The notes below the pieces were generated by a model that searched no databases, was not told where the DNA came from, and was given only the letters and a program-made list of their open reading frames with translations. A stretch of DNA of 63,239 bases, counting the filler, from Choristocarpus tenellus KU-1152 (taxonomy: Eukaryota > Protista > Phaeophyceae), in assembly GCA_964200185.2 (NCBI GenBank). It is 9 parts of 9 records of this genome, joined end to end, with 100 filler letters (N's around TTAATTAATTAA, not from the genome) between each part and the next. Parts side by side here need not be neighbours in the genome. Positions count along the whole stretch, not along the records: positions 1 to 16,559 come from CAXNAD020000809.1; 8 more parts are not named here. The stretch is one strand, 5' to 3'. Below are positions 1 to 15,200 of this stretch, piece by piece. The translations under genes and the position numbers were made by a program. Numbering within the stretch: position 1 is the stretch's first letter; every line of letters begins with the position of its first letter.

Positions 1-159
1 GGGGGGGGGAGTCTACACCAGGGTGTCCATTTGGACCCTGACCAGGAGAAGTGCACTTACTATCCATCCAACACATGCAACCAAATCACTCAAAAAATGC
101 GACTTGGAACAACTGGCCCCAAATGGACAGCTGCCGCCCTCCCCCAGATACATTGAGCC
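1..159 (-). mobile_element. MITE family B copy, truncated at contig start
   Basis: Reverse complement of the 15175-15361 element; ends CCCCCAGATACATTGAGCC. Confidence 0.8.
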
Positions 160-251
160 AACACGAATCCCAAAGGTCGATCTGCACAACCCGCACACCA
201 ACTTGTTTTTTTTTTCTTGGATACTTCTCTCTGCTACTCTCCTGTGAATAG

Positions 252-3200
252 GATTCTTTGGGACTTGTCCCACCCACCCCATCTGAGGCAGAGCAGCTGC
301 TGTGGCTGGCTGAGGCAGAGACCATTATGGGACTCGCCAAACTCCAGTTGGCATTTTCCTTACACAAATCCTTGATGGGTGGAAAGGTGGAACAAACAGG
401 AAATACTGCAGGGTGGTGGCGGGGATCACATCCTAAAAGTGATCCCGCAAATGCTGACAACAAACTCGACTCCAAACACAGTCTTGGGGCAAGGGATGGA
501 ACGTGGATTGGAGTGCATCTTGCAGCAGGAGGACGAAGACCAACTGGTTTTGGTAGTGGTCCGTTCGCCAACCTCTCAGCAACCCTGACACCTGATACGG
601 GGCTCAAACTTGATACCTATGAGGGGGAAGATAGAGCAATCGCGGAATTGGAGGTGAATTGAGTAGTGCATAACTTGGTCTCTGCCTGATCACACAACAC
701 CTTAGGATGCCTAAAACAGCTATAGCTTGGATTGAGTGGTGACAGGGGCAAAGACGGAAAACAAAGTATCCTGCCCAACGTTCTACCCTGAAGGAGTGCT
801 TTTTGTAATGGTAGTTGATAAAACTTGGAGTGGGCATGTACCAAGTCTGATACCATTGATCAAAAGCAGTCAATCCACACCAAAAAAAAACACTTCACCT
901 TTGGCCTCATCTAGGATGAAGGGCATTTCTGGCCCACAGCGGAAGAGTTGGCTGTGAATATGCTCATGGCAGAAGATGATACAGAGGTCTCGAAAGTCCA
1001 GGTGAACATAGGTGGGAAGGAAGGCAGTAGGCACCAGGGTTGAACCTCTAAGATGGGGATCTTGGGCTTGGATCACAGGGCCTAGGTCAACTGCATCCTC
1101 GATCTTCTCTAAGGGGAGATGATACAGAACCTTTGATTGGTAGTAGAAAACTAGGAAATATCTATGATTCTTTACACAATCAAAGTAGCAGGGTCGATAG
1201 ACTTTTGCTTCCTTGACCTCTAGTGATCTTGTGGCGCCTCTAATACTGGTTATTTGTAACCTGTGTTGCGTGTGCAGTGCTTACCTGCTGCCAAGTCGGA
1301 TATGTATACTATAGCGACAAGCTGATGGAAAGTACACATCCTGTGTGAGTTTTCTGTTCAAATCGGTGGGTAGTAGACACGTTGCACAAGGTCTGATTTC
1401 ACTCCATCCAATCCACCTACAATGCCTTGCAGAAAGAATCTCTCGAGTTTGTGCGCACTCTCTCTGCTGCACTTGTGCACCTTGCAAGGGGTGCTAGCAG
1501 GGCACGCCATGGCCTATCCTGGGCAAAGGTGAGTTCTTCCTCCATTGTTGGAATGGGATGTCCCATGCACTGCTTGCAGACAAGAGCAGAATCTTGACAG
1601 CGGGGCTGAAGTGCAGCAAACCATTAGCCCCTAAAAGGATGCAACAATGCAACACTGAGGTGTGACCTCAGACATACATGAAATACTAGAGGAGTTGTTT
1701 GAACGTGTTATTATTGCATGGCGAGAAAAAATGTTCTCATCTTGTATCCTACATTTCCCACAAACACCCTTCCTACTTCTTCAGTTCTATCCATTCCCTC
1801 AAACATTCTCACAGGTCCAGCGTGCTTGTGAGCTGATGTGGAATGTGGTAGTATCACTGTGGCTTTCCCCACAGGCTTTTTCTCATCGAGAGGACAGGTG
1901 TTCTGAGGTACCAGCATCCTGCCCTGATGGTTCCTATGCAATGGGTGGGGTGACAAGTGGGCTACTGCTGGAAGCACATGTCCGGATATATGCGAAAGCT
2001 TCTGAGGTGAATCAAGTTGAAATGAACAAGACCCAGTGTATATCGTGATACCACCTTGAAATTTAGTTCAGGAATGCTTATGTGGGATCACTTATACTGA
2101 TCCAAGCAAAGTCTGTACTAGATACTGTACTGCCTGTGTGTAGAACACAGGCGGAAGGCAGAGCCAAAGTATTCTGCTGAAGGGGTGTGAATTTGATGAT
2201 TTTGTTTGTTAAATTGGGACATCTACGCACATTGCCTGACACCCCAGTAATATACCTCAAACTCAGGCAACTAAACTCCAATCGGAGTTTGTCAATTTTT
2301 TTAGAAATGACCCTGTGGATGGATGTTTCGATGTTGTATTGTGGAATGGAGAGGTGTGAGACATAAACCAGGAACAGACAACATAGACCCCTCAACAACA
2401 GTGGCACCCCTGCCTAGGATGTTTTGGATTGTACCTTCAGCATGCACTCTCATAGCAACACAAAAATTGTGTCCCTGTGGATGTGTGAGTGATACAAATC
2501 TCATGTAATATCACAAAGCACATCTTGCACATCTGAGGGCATAGGCACAGTACTCGAGCCAAACACTGGAACAAGGGGATGGAAGAGGGTAACTTATTAT
2601 CAGAGTTTGACACAAGGAAGGTAGTTCAGGTGCATCACTGTGGCATTACAATTCTTAAATGGAGAGTATCTTTCTTGAACTTTGATCAACTATAGCACAA
2701 CAAAACTCCAACATTATGCACTAAAAGCAATAAAACAAGAAAACATGTCCATAGAAGTACATACTGATCTGACTCTTTCTTGAAAACTATCTAATCCGCT
2801 GATACCCCACCAACAAATGCCTACTCTTTTGCCTCTCCTTGAACTGCAGGCTTTGATGGACGCTGTGGAGGCCCTCACGAGACCTATATTTAAGGGGAGG
2901 GATGGTGGTGGAGGTCATGTCAGTGGCTCCATGTGGTCAGGGGAAGGTACCAGCACCGAACAGGAGGACTTTACGCAAGAAGATAAAGGAAACCAGGTGA
3001 CTATGAGATACAATTCTATATGGTCCGTATCAACAAGAGGAAGCCAACTTTTTAATACGATAATGCATCTCCTCAATTTCCCTTATTTTCCACTGGTGAT
3101 TGACAGTAGAGGCACTGATTCAATGTGTTAGCCTAGTTGACCTTCTTGCTGCACTTCAAGTTTTGTTCAAACCATGCATCTGTCCCTACATCATATTCAG

Positions 3201-6200
3201 GCCATAGCTGTAGGTGATCTAGGAGCGCTATCAGGGGGTCACACAGGACAAAGCAACATGCCTAGTGGACATGATAGCATAGATGTAGAGTGGGCTTCGA
3301 AGATGGTAGAGTGGTGCCTACAGGGACTGCTTCACTGCAGGTGTTGGGGTGTACTTGTCAAGGTGTGTACAGATATGGAATAGCAGTACAGTGTCTGAAG
3401 AAAGGGTTAGGAGGGCACATGTATCCCATGGACTATGTTGAGTCTCTATTGAAAGCAAAATATCATCAGGAATGTGGAATAATGATTACCTTTTGGGAAA
3501 TCACCTGACTTGTAAATGTATTCCTAAACCAACCATCTCTGCTGGGTCTTTGCAATACAGCAATACAGTATTTCGTGGAATTTTCAACTGTTGCCTTATG
3601 GGTCAATCATTCTTCAAGTCCACTTGGTCGACCCCAGTCCTAATTTGACCTCAGGACTCTCACACAGTTGATTCTTAGCAAAAAATCGCTTAAGTTCTAG
3701 TGCAACTACTCCACAGCGTATTAGATCCCTCAACCTAGTATTTGATCGCCAAAGCTATCTTCTCTGCCCCTCACTGCCCTCCTTGCTACCTCCCATTCCC
3801 TGTCGACTCTCCCCCTTAAAGGTGGGTTCTCGCCTGATTGATGTCACCAATGGTCGGTTTGGTGGGCATCGTGTATTCCCACTTGTCCTCCATGCCCAGC
3901 GAAGACTCTGCTCACGTGCAGCATCACTGCTGAAGGACCGCACGGCCAGGCTAGAAGCACTAGATAGAGATTTCGAGAATGCCCAAGCTCAGAGGATCAA
4001 ACGCAAGGTATGGAGTGACTCTGTGGTTGATATGACCTTCCTTGTGATGTTGCCAAAGCCAAGTTCACCACAGATGGTGCAAGACCTTTGCCATCTCTTT
4101 CTATTTTTCTTGCACTTAATATTAACACTCTGGGCATAGTAGAAGATGAAGTCAGTATTGAATGTTCCCCTCACGAATGGTTAATCCAACCCACCGTGAT
4201 ATATGCTCTGTCTGTTCATGAATCTAATGTGCTCTCTACATTGTTTAGAGGTACAACTGTGTCTTGAAGAAAATTGTAGAAAATTGCCAGCAATTTCTGT
4301 TGTCGCAACCAAAGTCCCATGAAGGACTGGAAGGCAAATATGCCTATACATGCACATAACACACACATACTCACATGCCTATGTGAGCGACCCTTACCAC
4401 CAGAGGGAATACAGCTGTAAGGCACCCTTACAGGCCTCCCTACAATGCACATTTTCCTGGCATGCTTGTATTCAAACCCCTGTTTTGCAGCTCAATGACC
4501 TCATCCCGGCTTATCTGATGTAAACACCCGGACCATATTCAGGTAAGGAAGGCCATTGAGACCAAGAGCTACGAGGAGATCGAGCATGAACGGGCAAGGC
4601 AACCCCTGTTAGACACTGTTGGGGATGCCCGTGTGCGCAAGCAGGTCCATGACCACCGCCTTGGTACCCTTGCACAGAGGAGGGACTCTTACTTCAAGAC
4701 TAAGAAGTAAGCCAAGTCATATCAATCAAACAGATTTGTCATCACTCAGCACAATGTTCCAAACACTTCGTAGCAGTACTGCAAGGTGCTATTTTGCCTG
4801 ACAAGAGAGTTATTGTTTGTTCCGTGATCCCCTGTTCCCAGACTTGTCGTACCTCTTCATTGTTGCCAGAAATATGTGGACCAATATTTCAGAAAATCCA
4901 TTGTAGTCTTGTCGCTGCTAAACAACAGTTGAACCAAGTGGTGTTGCCGAACTTTCACACTAGTGCACTGTGCTGGCTTTTAGAAAATCTCTTTGAGGGA
5001 GAAGTCTGTCTGGTATATCCCATGTTCTCACTACCGTGGATGATAAATACTTAGGATTAGGGTTGCCCCCCATCCAATAACTGAATCTTTGTCAGGATCA
5101 CACACGGGCAGATAGATGATGCCAGGACCTCTCTTGCAGAATATCTCGAGTTAAGGGCATTTTCATTCAGCAGCAGTAGTGAATACGGGGATGGGGGTGA
5201 ATCAAGTGTTGCGGAGGATGAGGCTGGATCACTCCACTTGCTGGAACATACGTATACAAGAGCTGTGGCAATATTGAGAGAGAAGGGAGAGAGGGACGTG
5301 TTATGTGAGGCACTATGTGACCTTGGAGACCTACATGTGAGATTGGGCGGGGTAGGTGGTGAGTAGAGAGGAAATACAAAGGGGGGGGAAGTCTCATGTG
5401 AGAGCAAGTCGTCACACGGATGCTGGAAAGTATACTATGAGACGGAAATATATAGACCCGGAAGGAGGTGCTGTAGCAATATTACAGCATACTCCAAAGA
5501 ACTCGACTTATCATGTAAGCTGAGAGTGTTGGGATAGGCCTATACTTGTACCACACACACAAATTTAGTACATAATTTGTGCTCAGTACAGAACAGAGGA
5601 GTACATTACAACGTTAACATATATATATGTATATTTCTCATGTCCAGGGAAACAGGGATTCTTCTCAAGTTGTAGAACAGGAGGGACATGAGGGAATGAG
5701 AAGAAACTGAATCCCTTGGAGAATGGTTAAGTGCAATCTTTAGCCATATAACTTCATGTATTTATCAAAGCAGAGAAAAGTGACATAGATATCCCTTACC
5801 TCACCTCTGGGTCTTGTTGCTCTCTTCTCATGAAACCTTGTAATGCTACTCAATTTCGCATTCAAAGAGGGAACTATACCACAACTACACCACTGCAAGG
5901 GAGTTCAAGATTTACAAATGGCTTTGCACGTGTGCTATATACTACTTACAAAGTACTATGTAGTGTATGAGTCAAAGTATCTTAGAGGGTAGAGCTGCGT
6001 CCATTTGGGGCCCAAAATCCATTGTTGCAATTTTGATGTAATTTGGACCATCGTGTCTGTTAGGAGATGTCAATATCCTTGTTCCAGGCACACCTTTTCA
6101 TAACTTACGCATTTGATCTATTCTGAAACATTTCGGAGCAGTTAAAATCTCATTAAAAACCCGTGGGAAGCCAAGCCCCAAATGGACGAATGGGGAAAAA

Positions 6201-9200
6201 CTCCTACCCTCTAAGATACTTTCACTCTATGGTACCACAGCTATGCAACCTGGCATGCTTTAAACACTGCCCCCACTTGTCCAACCACAATTCGAACACT
6301 GATTGCCCCCCTTCCTTGCTCACCGTTTGACTTGCAGTTGAGTCAGGGCCGCTACGACCTGGCATCTCAGAGCTGGGCAGATGCTATTGACAGTTTATGC
6401 TCTGCTCTTGTGAGTACTCAAAGTTTTCTAATATATGTCGATTTGAAGGATTTGGAAGTATAATGGAGGTTCATTGCAATCCTTCATTGAGGTCAAGACA
6501 GGTGTGAACATAGACTAGGTGTGCATATTAGAGGGAGTTCCTGGAAGTATTGTGGAGTTTGGAAGTTGGTATGGCGGCATATTTGTTCGTATAAAGATCA
6601 GATACCTACAACTTGATGCTAGTATGCATACAGTGCGAGAGAAGGTGGATTGTGGGACTCCTTGGGAGGTAGGTAGGAAATTGCATGGAATGGACACATA
6701 GACCTCCTCCATAGGCAAGGCAATGAGCATTGATGACAACATGAGATATTGATCAACTGTTTGAAATTTGACTTGATTTCCTTGACAAGAGAGGAACCCA
6801 TATTTCTCTTCCTCCATTCCCACCTCTCACTTCCCTATGATATCATCCCTTCATGTCTTCACCAGGGACGCTTCACAAGCAATCTTGTCCAATTGACTAA
6901 AATTCCTCTGCTCAATTATGGAGCGCAATGTTTTCTACCCTTGCATGATTCCCCTCTTACAGGATGCCACTAAGCACTGGAGGATTCTCTTTCAACGATA
7001 CAGGTCTGCAAAAGGATGCTTAGCAAATACTTTGGGTGGCTGGGGGTGCCTGGCGGGTGCAATCATCCTAGGGAAGCTTAGTGCTCACTGCTCGCAGGTT
7101 TGTTGAAAGGTCCACTACCAAGTATGAAGGGAAAATGATACTTAAACGCAATAGCTCCACGCAAACAAACATCCCCCAGCATGGATGGTGACCTGTCAAG
7201 AGGGCTATCACTCCTAAGAACATAGTGCTTGACATGTGATCCGATTTCTGTGATTGAAGGTTGGATGATGGTGGGTTGCATGCGTTTCCCCTCTATTACT
7301 ACCTTAACATTTTCATGTGCACTAAAGCAGAACGTGTACTCCCTCATCAATGTATCCTCAAATGTGTGGAAGTCAATCCCTATTACTACTGTACAAACCC
7401 ACTGCCTCCTCCGTGCTGCTACTGCGGTATCAGGACCTTTGGAAAATGTGGCGCTGTTATTGCCCACAGGTTTATGTCAATGAGATACATCTACACTGCT
7501 AACCCAGATGCGTAATCTCTGTGCACAAACCTTTTCTCATCAGAACAACCTTGGTGGTCAGCTTGAGCTGTCCCTCATGGCAGCAGAGCTTTTTCATGCC
7601 CCTTTTGAGATGTCTATGTCTTTCCCCCAGGTGCGGACATAGCATACATGTTGTACTCTTGCAAACTTATTATGCAATGTTCTTGGATCAGAGATGGCCC
7701 AAAGAAGTTGTGGCATCTTGTCAGTATACTTGACGAAACCCAGTCATGTATGTGTGAGATGTCCGCAACCCCTTCCTTGTTCAATCAAGTGCTACTATGT
7801 ATGGCATTATTGCAAGCCACTCACTCCATCTGCGCCTCTATATCTAACCATCATTATCAAACTCTCATGCCCCTACGATGGATGCAGAGAATATGTGACT
7901 TCGTCTCCTTTACACCAGAGCAACTTGACATTCCCGGCATGGGCATCCTTGGATTTCAGGACAATGAGCGGCGCCTGTCCATCTCCTCCCTTTGCTCATC
8001 CATTTCACATGTCTGTGATGTGTTGGTAGCAGAGGGCAAGGGGGTTGAGGCATTGCCAGCCCTGGCACTCCTTGAGTACGTGAGTGAGCCCTGAAAAAAA
8101 GAACATACGAATAGTCGCAAGAGCTTGAGAGCATAAAATATTCCACAAGTTCTCTGTTGTTTCTCCAACATTCCTTCCTGCAGTATATGGAGATATAGTT
8201 ATTCCAGGGATGTATACTTAAACATGCCTGGGCTATGGAGTGATTTTTTCGTGTTTCACCTTTTCCAGGAGAACTAACACACTGAAGTGGTGTTAGCAAA
8301 AACTAGATAGTGACAAGTGATCATCTGTGTAATGACAGTGTTTGTTCTTCCACTCCAAATAAATTGGACTTCTCTGCACCCCTAGGGCTGACCGTTGTCC
8401 CCCTTCTATAAAGCAAGAAGAACCATAAGCACACTTTATCATTATGCAAGATGCCAATCAGAGCCACCCCCAAAGGTAGACTCTGCCTCCCTATCCCAAC
8501 CCTGATTCTAACACCAACCTCATCAGCATACCAGCATATCACCACCCAACAACCCCAAAAAAATGAGCCAAGTATCTTTAGGGTAGAGCCGTGTCCATTT
8601 GGGGGTCAAAAGTCAATGTTGCGATTTTGATGTAATTTTGGCTGTCCTTTTTGTTAGGAAGTGTCAATATCCATGTTCTGGACACACCTTTTCATAACGT
8701 ATACATTTTTACCTACCCCAAAATGTTTTGGAGTAGGAAAGTGTCATTAAAAACCCCATGGGAAGCCAAGGTAAAAATGGACAAACAGGGCAAAACTCGT
8801 ATCCTCTAAGATACTTTCACTCAATGCATGTTTCTCGGCGTGTGTATGCAAGAATACCATGCAATAGACTCCTAAACCAAATTAAACGCTATCCAATCCT
8901 TGCGGCAGTTGACTTCCAAGGTCACACTGGAACCTCTCCATCTGATCCGGGCCAGACTGAAGAGGGTACAATGCCTTGCAGAAGCAGGCTTTCCGGCTGG
9001 AGCAGTTTCTGCATTGGCATCCGTACTGAGGGGTGGAGGTCTTCCCGAAACGACAGGTTTCTACACCGGGTTAAGGTATACCTCTCCCCAGACCCCATTT
9101 TTTCAGAAAGAAAAGCACATCATCCCACTTTTCCTCTTGTGTTGTACGTCAACATCAACGCAGCCCTCTACTTGGCTAGATGGGACCACTGTTGATGTAT

Positions 9201-12200
9201 GCCCTTTCTGGGCTTTGATTTCTTGTTTCAGATAGCCTAAGTATATACAGAATAGTTATACGGAGGTATCCTGCAGCAACTGAGTGGGCTACTCTTCCCA
9301 TTTCATCTTCAAATTGGTACAGTCCAAACCCACCAGCCCCGGCAAAAGAAGAAGTTCTTGCTAGCAAGGGTTCAAAAGACAAGGGGGCCAAGGCACAAAA
9401 GGGAAAGGGAAAGGGAAAGGGAAAGGGAGAAGGAGGAGGAGGAGGAAAGAAGAAAGGACGTCCCTCAACCAAGGGAGATGTGCTGACCTCTGAATCTGAC
9501 ACACCCGAAAAAAAGGTGAATTGATGATGTGAAAATCCTGCATGCACGGCCTTCCAATAGATCTGCCTTTCTGTGCAATTGTGCTTGTGTGTGTATGTGT
9601 GTGTGTGTGTGTTTGTACGTATTTGAGCCATGATACCCCACTCCTTTCCAACTCCAACTGATAATTTTTCAGCCCTGATAGAGAACTCTGGTGTCCTGGA
9701 GAAGTCTTCCTCGCTGTGGACTCTTATCATATGCTGCTCCTACCCCTCTTGACAAGAAATACCTACGTACTTGATAGTGTTTATTTGGGCTATAGCAGCA
9801 ACAGTATACACTATCAATGTGATCTACAATTGTGCACTTGCACGACTTGGTTGATGATTTCTCCTGGCATAGAGTGCTGATGGCTATGTATTGATGGCCA
9901 CCTACTGCCTTTGTTGTATATGCCATAAACTATGTCAACACCATTTCCTTACTATAACAATCTTGCCTCAAAAAATAATGTTATGCTATGCACTTGGTAT
10001 TGCTGCACTTTCATTCAAGCCAAAGAGCACGGGTTGATCCAATCAATTCGGTAAAATACGGAGCAAAAATGGTTGCGGATGGTGATGATGGTGAACCAAT
10101 ATGCCAACTACCTACTTTATGGCTTTGGTTCATAGCCCTACACCGATTACACCAAGAAGATGAACTCACTCTCACAACACTATGAATATTTTCAAGATCA
10201 CCCCGAATGCAACAACTTGTGTCTTAGAAAGACACATTGGCTACCCTTAGAATTACGATGGAGCTCTACAGGATGCCTGCAATATCTCTCAACGTCAAGA
10301 TGATGCACGATCAATACTTTGACCTGGATGTTACCACAACACAATCACAGAAAGCTTGTCCTCTATTCTCGCTCTTACTGACCGGTGCTGGCACAATTAC
10401 CTTGGTTGCAAAGGAGCTGTTGGAGCTTTCCTCGGAGGGCATCCCTTTCTTTGGTCTTGCTCCCTACTATGACCACCTCCCACTAGACCATCCTGATAAT
10501 GCACAAGCCATTGCCTGGCTTCTGGGAGAGGACATAGAGTCTGGTGCTGGGAGTGACACTGGCAGTGGAGGAGGGTCAGTTGGTGAGACTTCTGGTTTAA
10601 TGATGGATCAATCCACAGCAAGCGGTGGAGGGATCAAAAGGTAGGCTTGGTACATATATGTGGACTAACAGGAGTAACAGGAAAACACAAATATTATATG
10701 ACATTTTTCAGGAGGCATATGATAGCATTACAGCGGTATCTCCCCTCAATCTCCAATGTCATAGGATTACTCTCTTGCAGTCATTCTGCAGCAGCTGTTA
10801 CTATCACGACCATCTATTGCTGTTACAATCACAGTGAAGTGTACTGCTATCGTTTTGAGAAGGATGTCTCACAGTCAATTGCTTAGGATTAGAATTAGGG
10901 ATAGAACAAGAAAACGTTCCTTGTCGAGGTAAGTCAGACTTCAAGTATGAATCAAGGATTTGTTACTTTACCTTCCATTTCACAGCTCGTCCCAAAGTGT
11001 GACCATGCTATAGTCTTTTCACTATTAGAGAGGAGAAAAAGATATTGCTCTCCGGGCGCCAAAACACCCCTGGCCGTCCCACAGTGAAAAAGTACATTAT
11101 AATACATAGCACATCCGCATCAGAGAGGATAGAAAGAGGTAGATACCTAAGTTTCCTTCTGGTACGATATTCCTGTTGCTTTTCTCTCTTTGGTTAAAGC
11201 AAAGCTGAGTAAACCCACATATATGCATATATTAATTACATCACACAATGTTTGTTGTATTGGTGACAAGTGAACTCGAACTCAAAGAGACTCCCAGCTT
11301 CCTTGGTTTCACTATTGTTGATTAAATTCAAAGACAAAAGAGGGTAGCGAACACCTCCACGGTAGAATAGGGGGCTGGCAGAGCATCGTCACCTGTCCTG
11401 TGTGTGAAAGTACAAACAGGGCAAAAATCGTACCCTCTAAGATACTTTCACTCCTGTATCAAAACTGAACGGATCTCCAGGGAAAGGAGACGAGAGACTT
11501 TCACATTGCACATTCTATAGGATAAAGAAAGTTGTAGCAGCTAATCGGGGATGGTTAGAAGATCTCTCTACCAAAGAATGACGGAGAATTCTGGACCACA
11601 ACTTCAGTACTTCAAAGTGTTCGTGTCTGCAGGCTTGGCGACATTTCATGACATTTCAGCCCTACAGGTCAAGATGTGCATTGGACCGCACTATGATTTC
11701 TGATAACCGCACATCTGCAACTAGACTTCGGAATCCGCAAATTTGGGAAAAATGATTGTTGATGGATTCCCGTGCCTTGCATGCAGACATGTGGCTCTCA
11801 ATAATCTATTGTGGGGTGCTATATATCTTGAACAGTAGGACTAAGATGATAGTGAGTCCCTGCCGAACCTGCACGCAAGAATAGTTCAAAGCATCGAAGT
11901 CATCATCCAGAATTCTTGGTGGTTCCTAGGTAATAAGATCCTCCAACCCCCCCTGATTAGTCACAACAACCTCCACTCTCCTATATAAAATGCGTGATGT
12001 GACAGTCTCTTGTCTTTATCCCCGAACAGGGCTCTGAAGGTGCTGTCAATTCCCTTGAGGTTCATGTCGCCTCACCTTCTCCACCATGCCCTCCTGCCAA
12101 CTCACCCCCCAGCTTCGTTGTCAAACATTGGTTAATGTCCAAGCCCACACAAGTCAGTGGCGTTCCAGGAGCATGACAAAGTGAACTGGATCACCCTGGA

Positions 12201-15200
12201 TAAACCCAATCTCTCTGCAGCAATATCATCGTTTGTTAGATTATCTTGAGAGTGAAAGTATCTTAGAGGGTACGAGTTTTGCCCTTTTTGTCCATTTGGG
12301 GCTTGGCTTCCCTTGGGTTTTGTTATGACATTTTCCTACTCCAAAATGTTTAGAAGTAGGTAAAATGTGTACGTTTTGAAAAGGTGTGTCCGGAACAAGG
12401 ATATTGACACTTCCTAACAAACACGATAGCCAAAATTACATCGAAATTGCAACATTGGATTTTGGCCCCCAAATGGACACGGCTCTACTCTCCAAGATAC
12501 TTGACTCTTTGAGTTAACCAAACGTTGTTGGGAAGAGAGTGAACTGTGTGAAGAATAAGAGATCATCAATATCACACAGTCAACCCTAACTCTAAACACA
12601 ACACTTTGCTATAGGAAGGAGAACATGCCACTCTGTGTTATTCAATCTTAGCGTCACATAGGCAAAGTCCACCTACCCTAGTTGCTTCCATACAAGTGTC
12701 CTAGCACAAATCTTGACACTTTGAATACCATTAATCAATACATTCTACCCAGTACATGAACGGTTTGTTCCAGATCATGTTGGTGCCCGTCTAATGTGTA
12801 ACACCAGCATTTGGGATACTTCATACCTTGCCCACATGATCTTCATACAAACACGTTTCACAAGTCACTACTCAAGCACCATTCTCAATACCTGAGGCAA
12901 AGGTAGCGATTACCTTGGGAGCAATAGGGTGCTATTAATAGTTAGCGCATTCTGTACACACAAAGTGATGTAGATATAGGCAGGTGAAATAATTGCTGGT
13001 TTGCAAGGATGCATGCACAAACAGGGTGCAAGTGGTTTTGAATGGGGTCTAGATCTTTGGCAACGTTTCTGAATAGAAGGGAAGAGTTTCTTGTATTTGG
13101 GCAGGGACAAAGGAGGTATACCTCTTCCTAATGGTGACAATCAGCTGCAACGGCAGGAGGGAAGTGGGGAATTGATGAAAATATAGACTGAGTTACGGCT
13201 ATCTAGGAAAGTTTTCGATCAGCAATGAGCGCAATGAAAACTATCAAAGGTTGGAAATTGGCGATTGGTCTGACCACAACAAGGGGGGATGGAAAGGATC
13301 CCTAAGGTTACACTATGGTTGCAAGCATGTACGATCCGAATGCCCAGCAATCACAAACCTGAAGAGACGCTATAAGTAGGACAATACAGTAGAGGTACCT
13401 TCCGCAATGCATCAACAACTGTGGAATCCTGAATGTTGACAGAAAAGAAGAACTATATTGAGTCAAACTAGAAGAGAGTCAAAGTATCTTAGAGGGTAGA
13501 GCCGCGTCCATCTGGGGCCAAAATCCAATGTTGCAATTTTGATGTAATTTTGGCTATTGTATTTGCTAGGAAGCGTCAATATCCTTGTTCGGGACATACC
13601 TTTTCAAAACTTATACATTTTGCCTGCTCCTAAACATTTTGGAGTAGGAAAATGTCATAAAAAAAACTCAAGGGAAGCCAAGCCCCAAATGGACAAAAAG
13701 GGAAAAACTCGTACCCCCTAAGATACTCAGAGAGTTGGAAGCTCTGGACCCTTTTGCATTCTACATCATTTTTCTTAACCTGTGTAATATGTCCTATTTC
13801 GTCGTTTTATGTGTGCAATAGTGTTGCAAAATTGATACCCCCCCTTTCCATGCACAAAGAGACACCAAAATTAAGCAAATGCCCTGTCCGAAAATGTACA
13901 AAATGGTGTCATGTAGCTCATTCTTAGGATCCGTAAAGTGCAACACTGCCTGTCTCTCAATTATTTTGGCTCATTTTGGCTACGCTTGTGTGCTGGTGGT
14001 GCACTTGATATGGGTACTCGTGTCTCTAAGGCAGGTTCACAAAACGTCCCAACATACCCCTCTGTGAAACCAGGGCTGCTGGCTTGCTCAAGCTCTGTCT
14101 CTCTCACCTGGTCCCTTCCCAGCTTAAGCTGCTGGGGGAGGAGGAGGCATTTCTTATTGCCCAGGCACGCGTCCAAATTCTATTCATGCTCACCATGAGC
14201 TGCAGTGCCATTGATGGTATCGGCCAGTCATGTGAGGGAAATGGCAATGGGGGCTCAGTCACACTTCCTGCCCCCCTTGCAGAAGGTTTGTACAACGGAG
14301 AGGCGGTCACACAGAAAGTGCGAGGTGCTGCTGATGCCATGATGGGGGAAATCTTGCAGGTTTGCACGGGGATGAGAGGAGGATGAGAGGAGGGAAGTGA
14401 GGGAAAATGTGATTCATTTGGAGTTCATGGGAGTAAACTGAAGAAATCTAGCCAAGAAATTCGAGGGGGTAAGTAATGCATTGCTGCTTTGCCTGAAGCT
14501 TGTCCTGGATATCCCTGTAAGTCGGCAGATTCGCCCTTCCTCTTGAATTCCCAATCCAACAAGAGTGCTGAATCTTCTCCGTTCCTTCACATCCTCTCCC
14601 TCCCCCCTCCTCTGCTCCCCTTGTGCAAAGCTCTTTGTGATGCGGGTTACTTCCCCACCCCCCACGATCTTGCCACCTCATGAAGGAGATTCTCAAGAAA
14701 AGGATGCATCCTCTGGTAGCGAGCCCCCCTCCACCCCTAACACTTCAGCAGCAGCGCCCTCGGGTACAATGACTTCCACACCCACTGAGGCCTGGGCTGT
14801 TGGGATCGCAGCAAATGTCCTCTTGCTAAGAGGACGCCTTGCCCTTCAGGATGGGAAACTTCGAGTGAGTTGTAATCCCTGGTGAACGGATATGCTGTGC
14901 ACTCCTAGGTATTTCTTGAAACTTCTGAGCATTCTACCCCATTCGAATGTTCTATGTGTTACAACATCCCATGCTCCTGTCAGGAAAGTAGTGGAATCCC
15001 TGACCCCTTGAGATGCTTTCAACACCTTCTTACCCTAGCCCTTACACATACATTTATGCCCTTGCTCTCATCACCATCACTGCCCCCATTGCACTACTTC
15101 ATCTTCTACCACAACCACGTGCCACCTTCACTTTCATCCTCACCCACCGCACTTATAACCGGTATTTTCATTTTGACTCAAAGTATCTGGGATGGGGGGG

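Noticed and set aside
5057-5407. Minus-strand ORF resembling a LINE endonuclease start
   Set aside because: It is the antisense shadow of CFAP54-like exon 5096-5336.
7078-8094. Cys-rich ORFs suggesting a KDZ/CxC transposase
   Set aside because: Explained by CFAP54-like exons and intervening introns.
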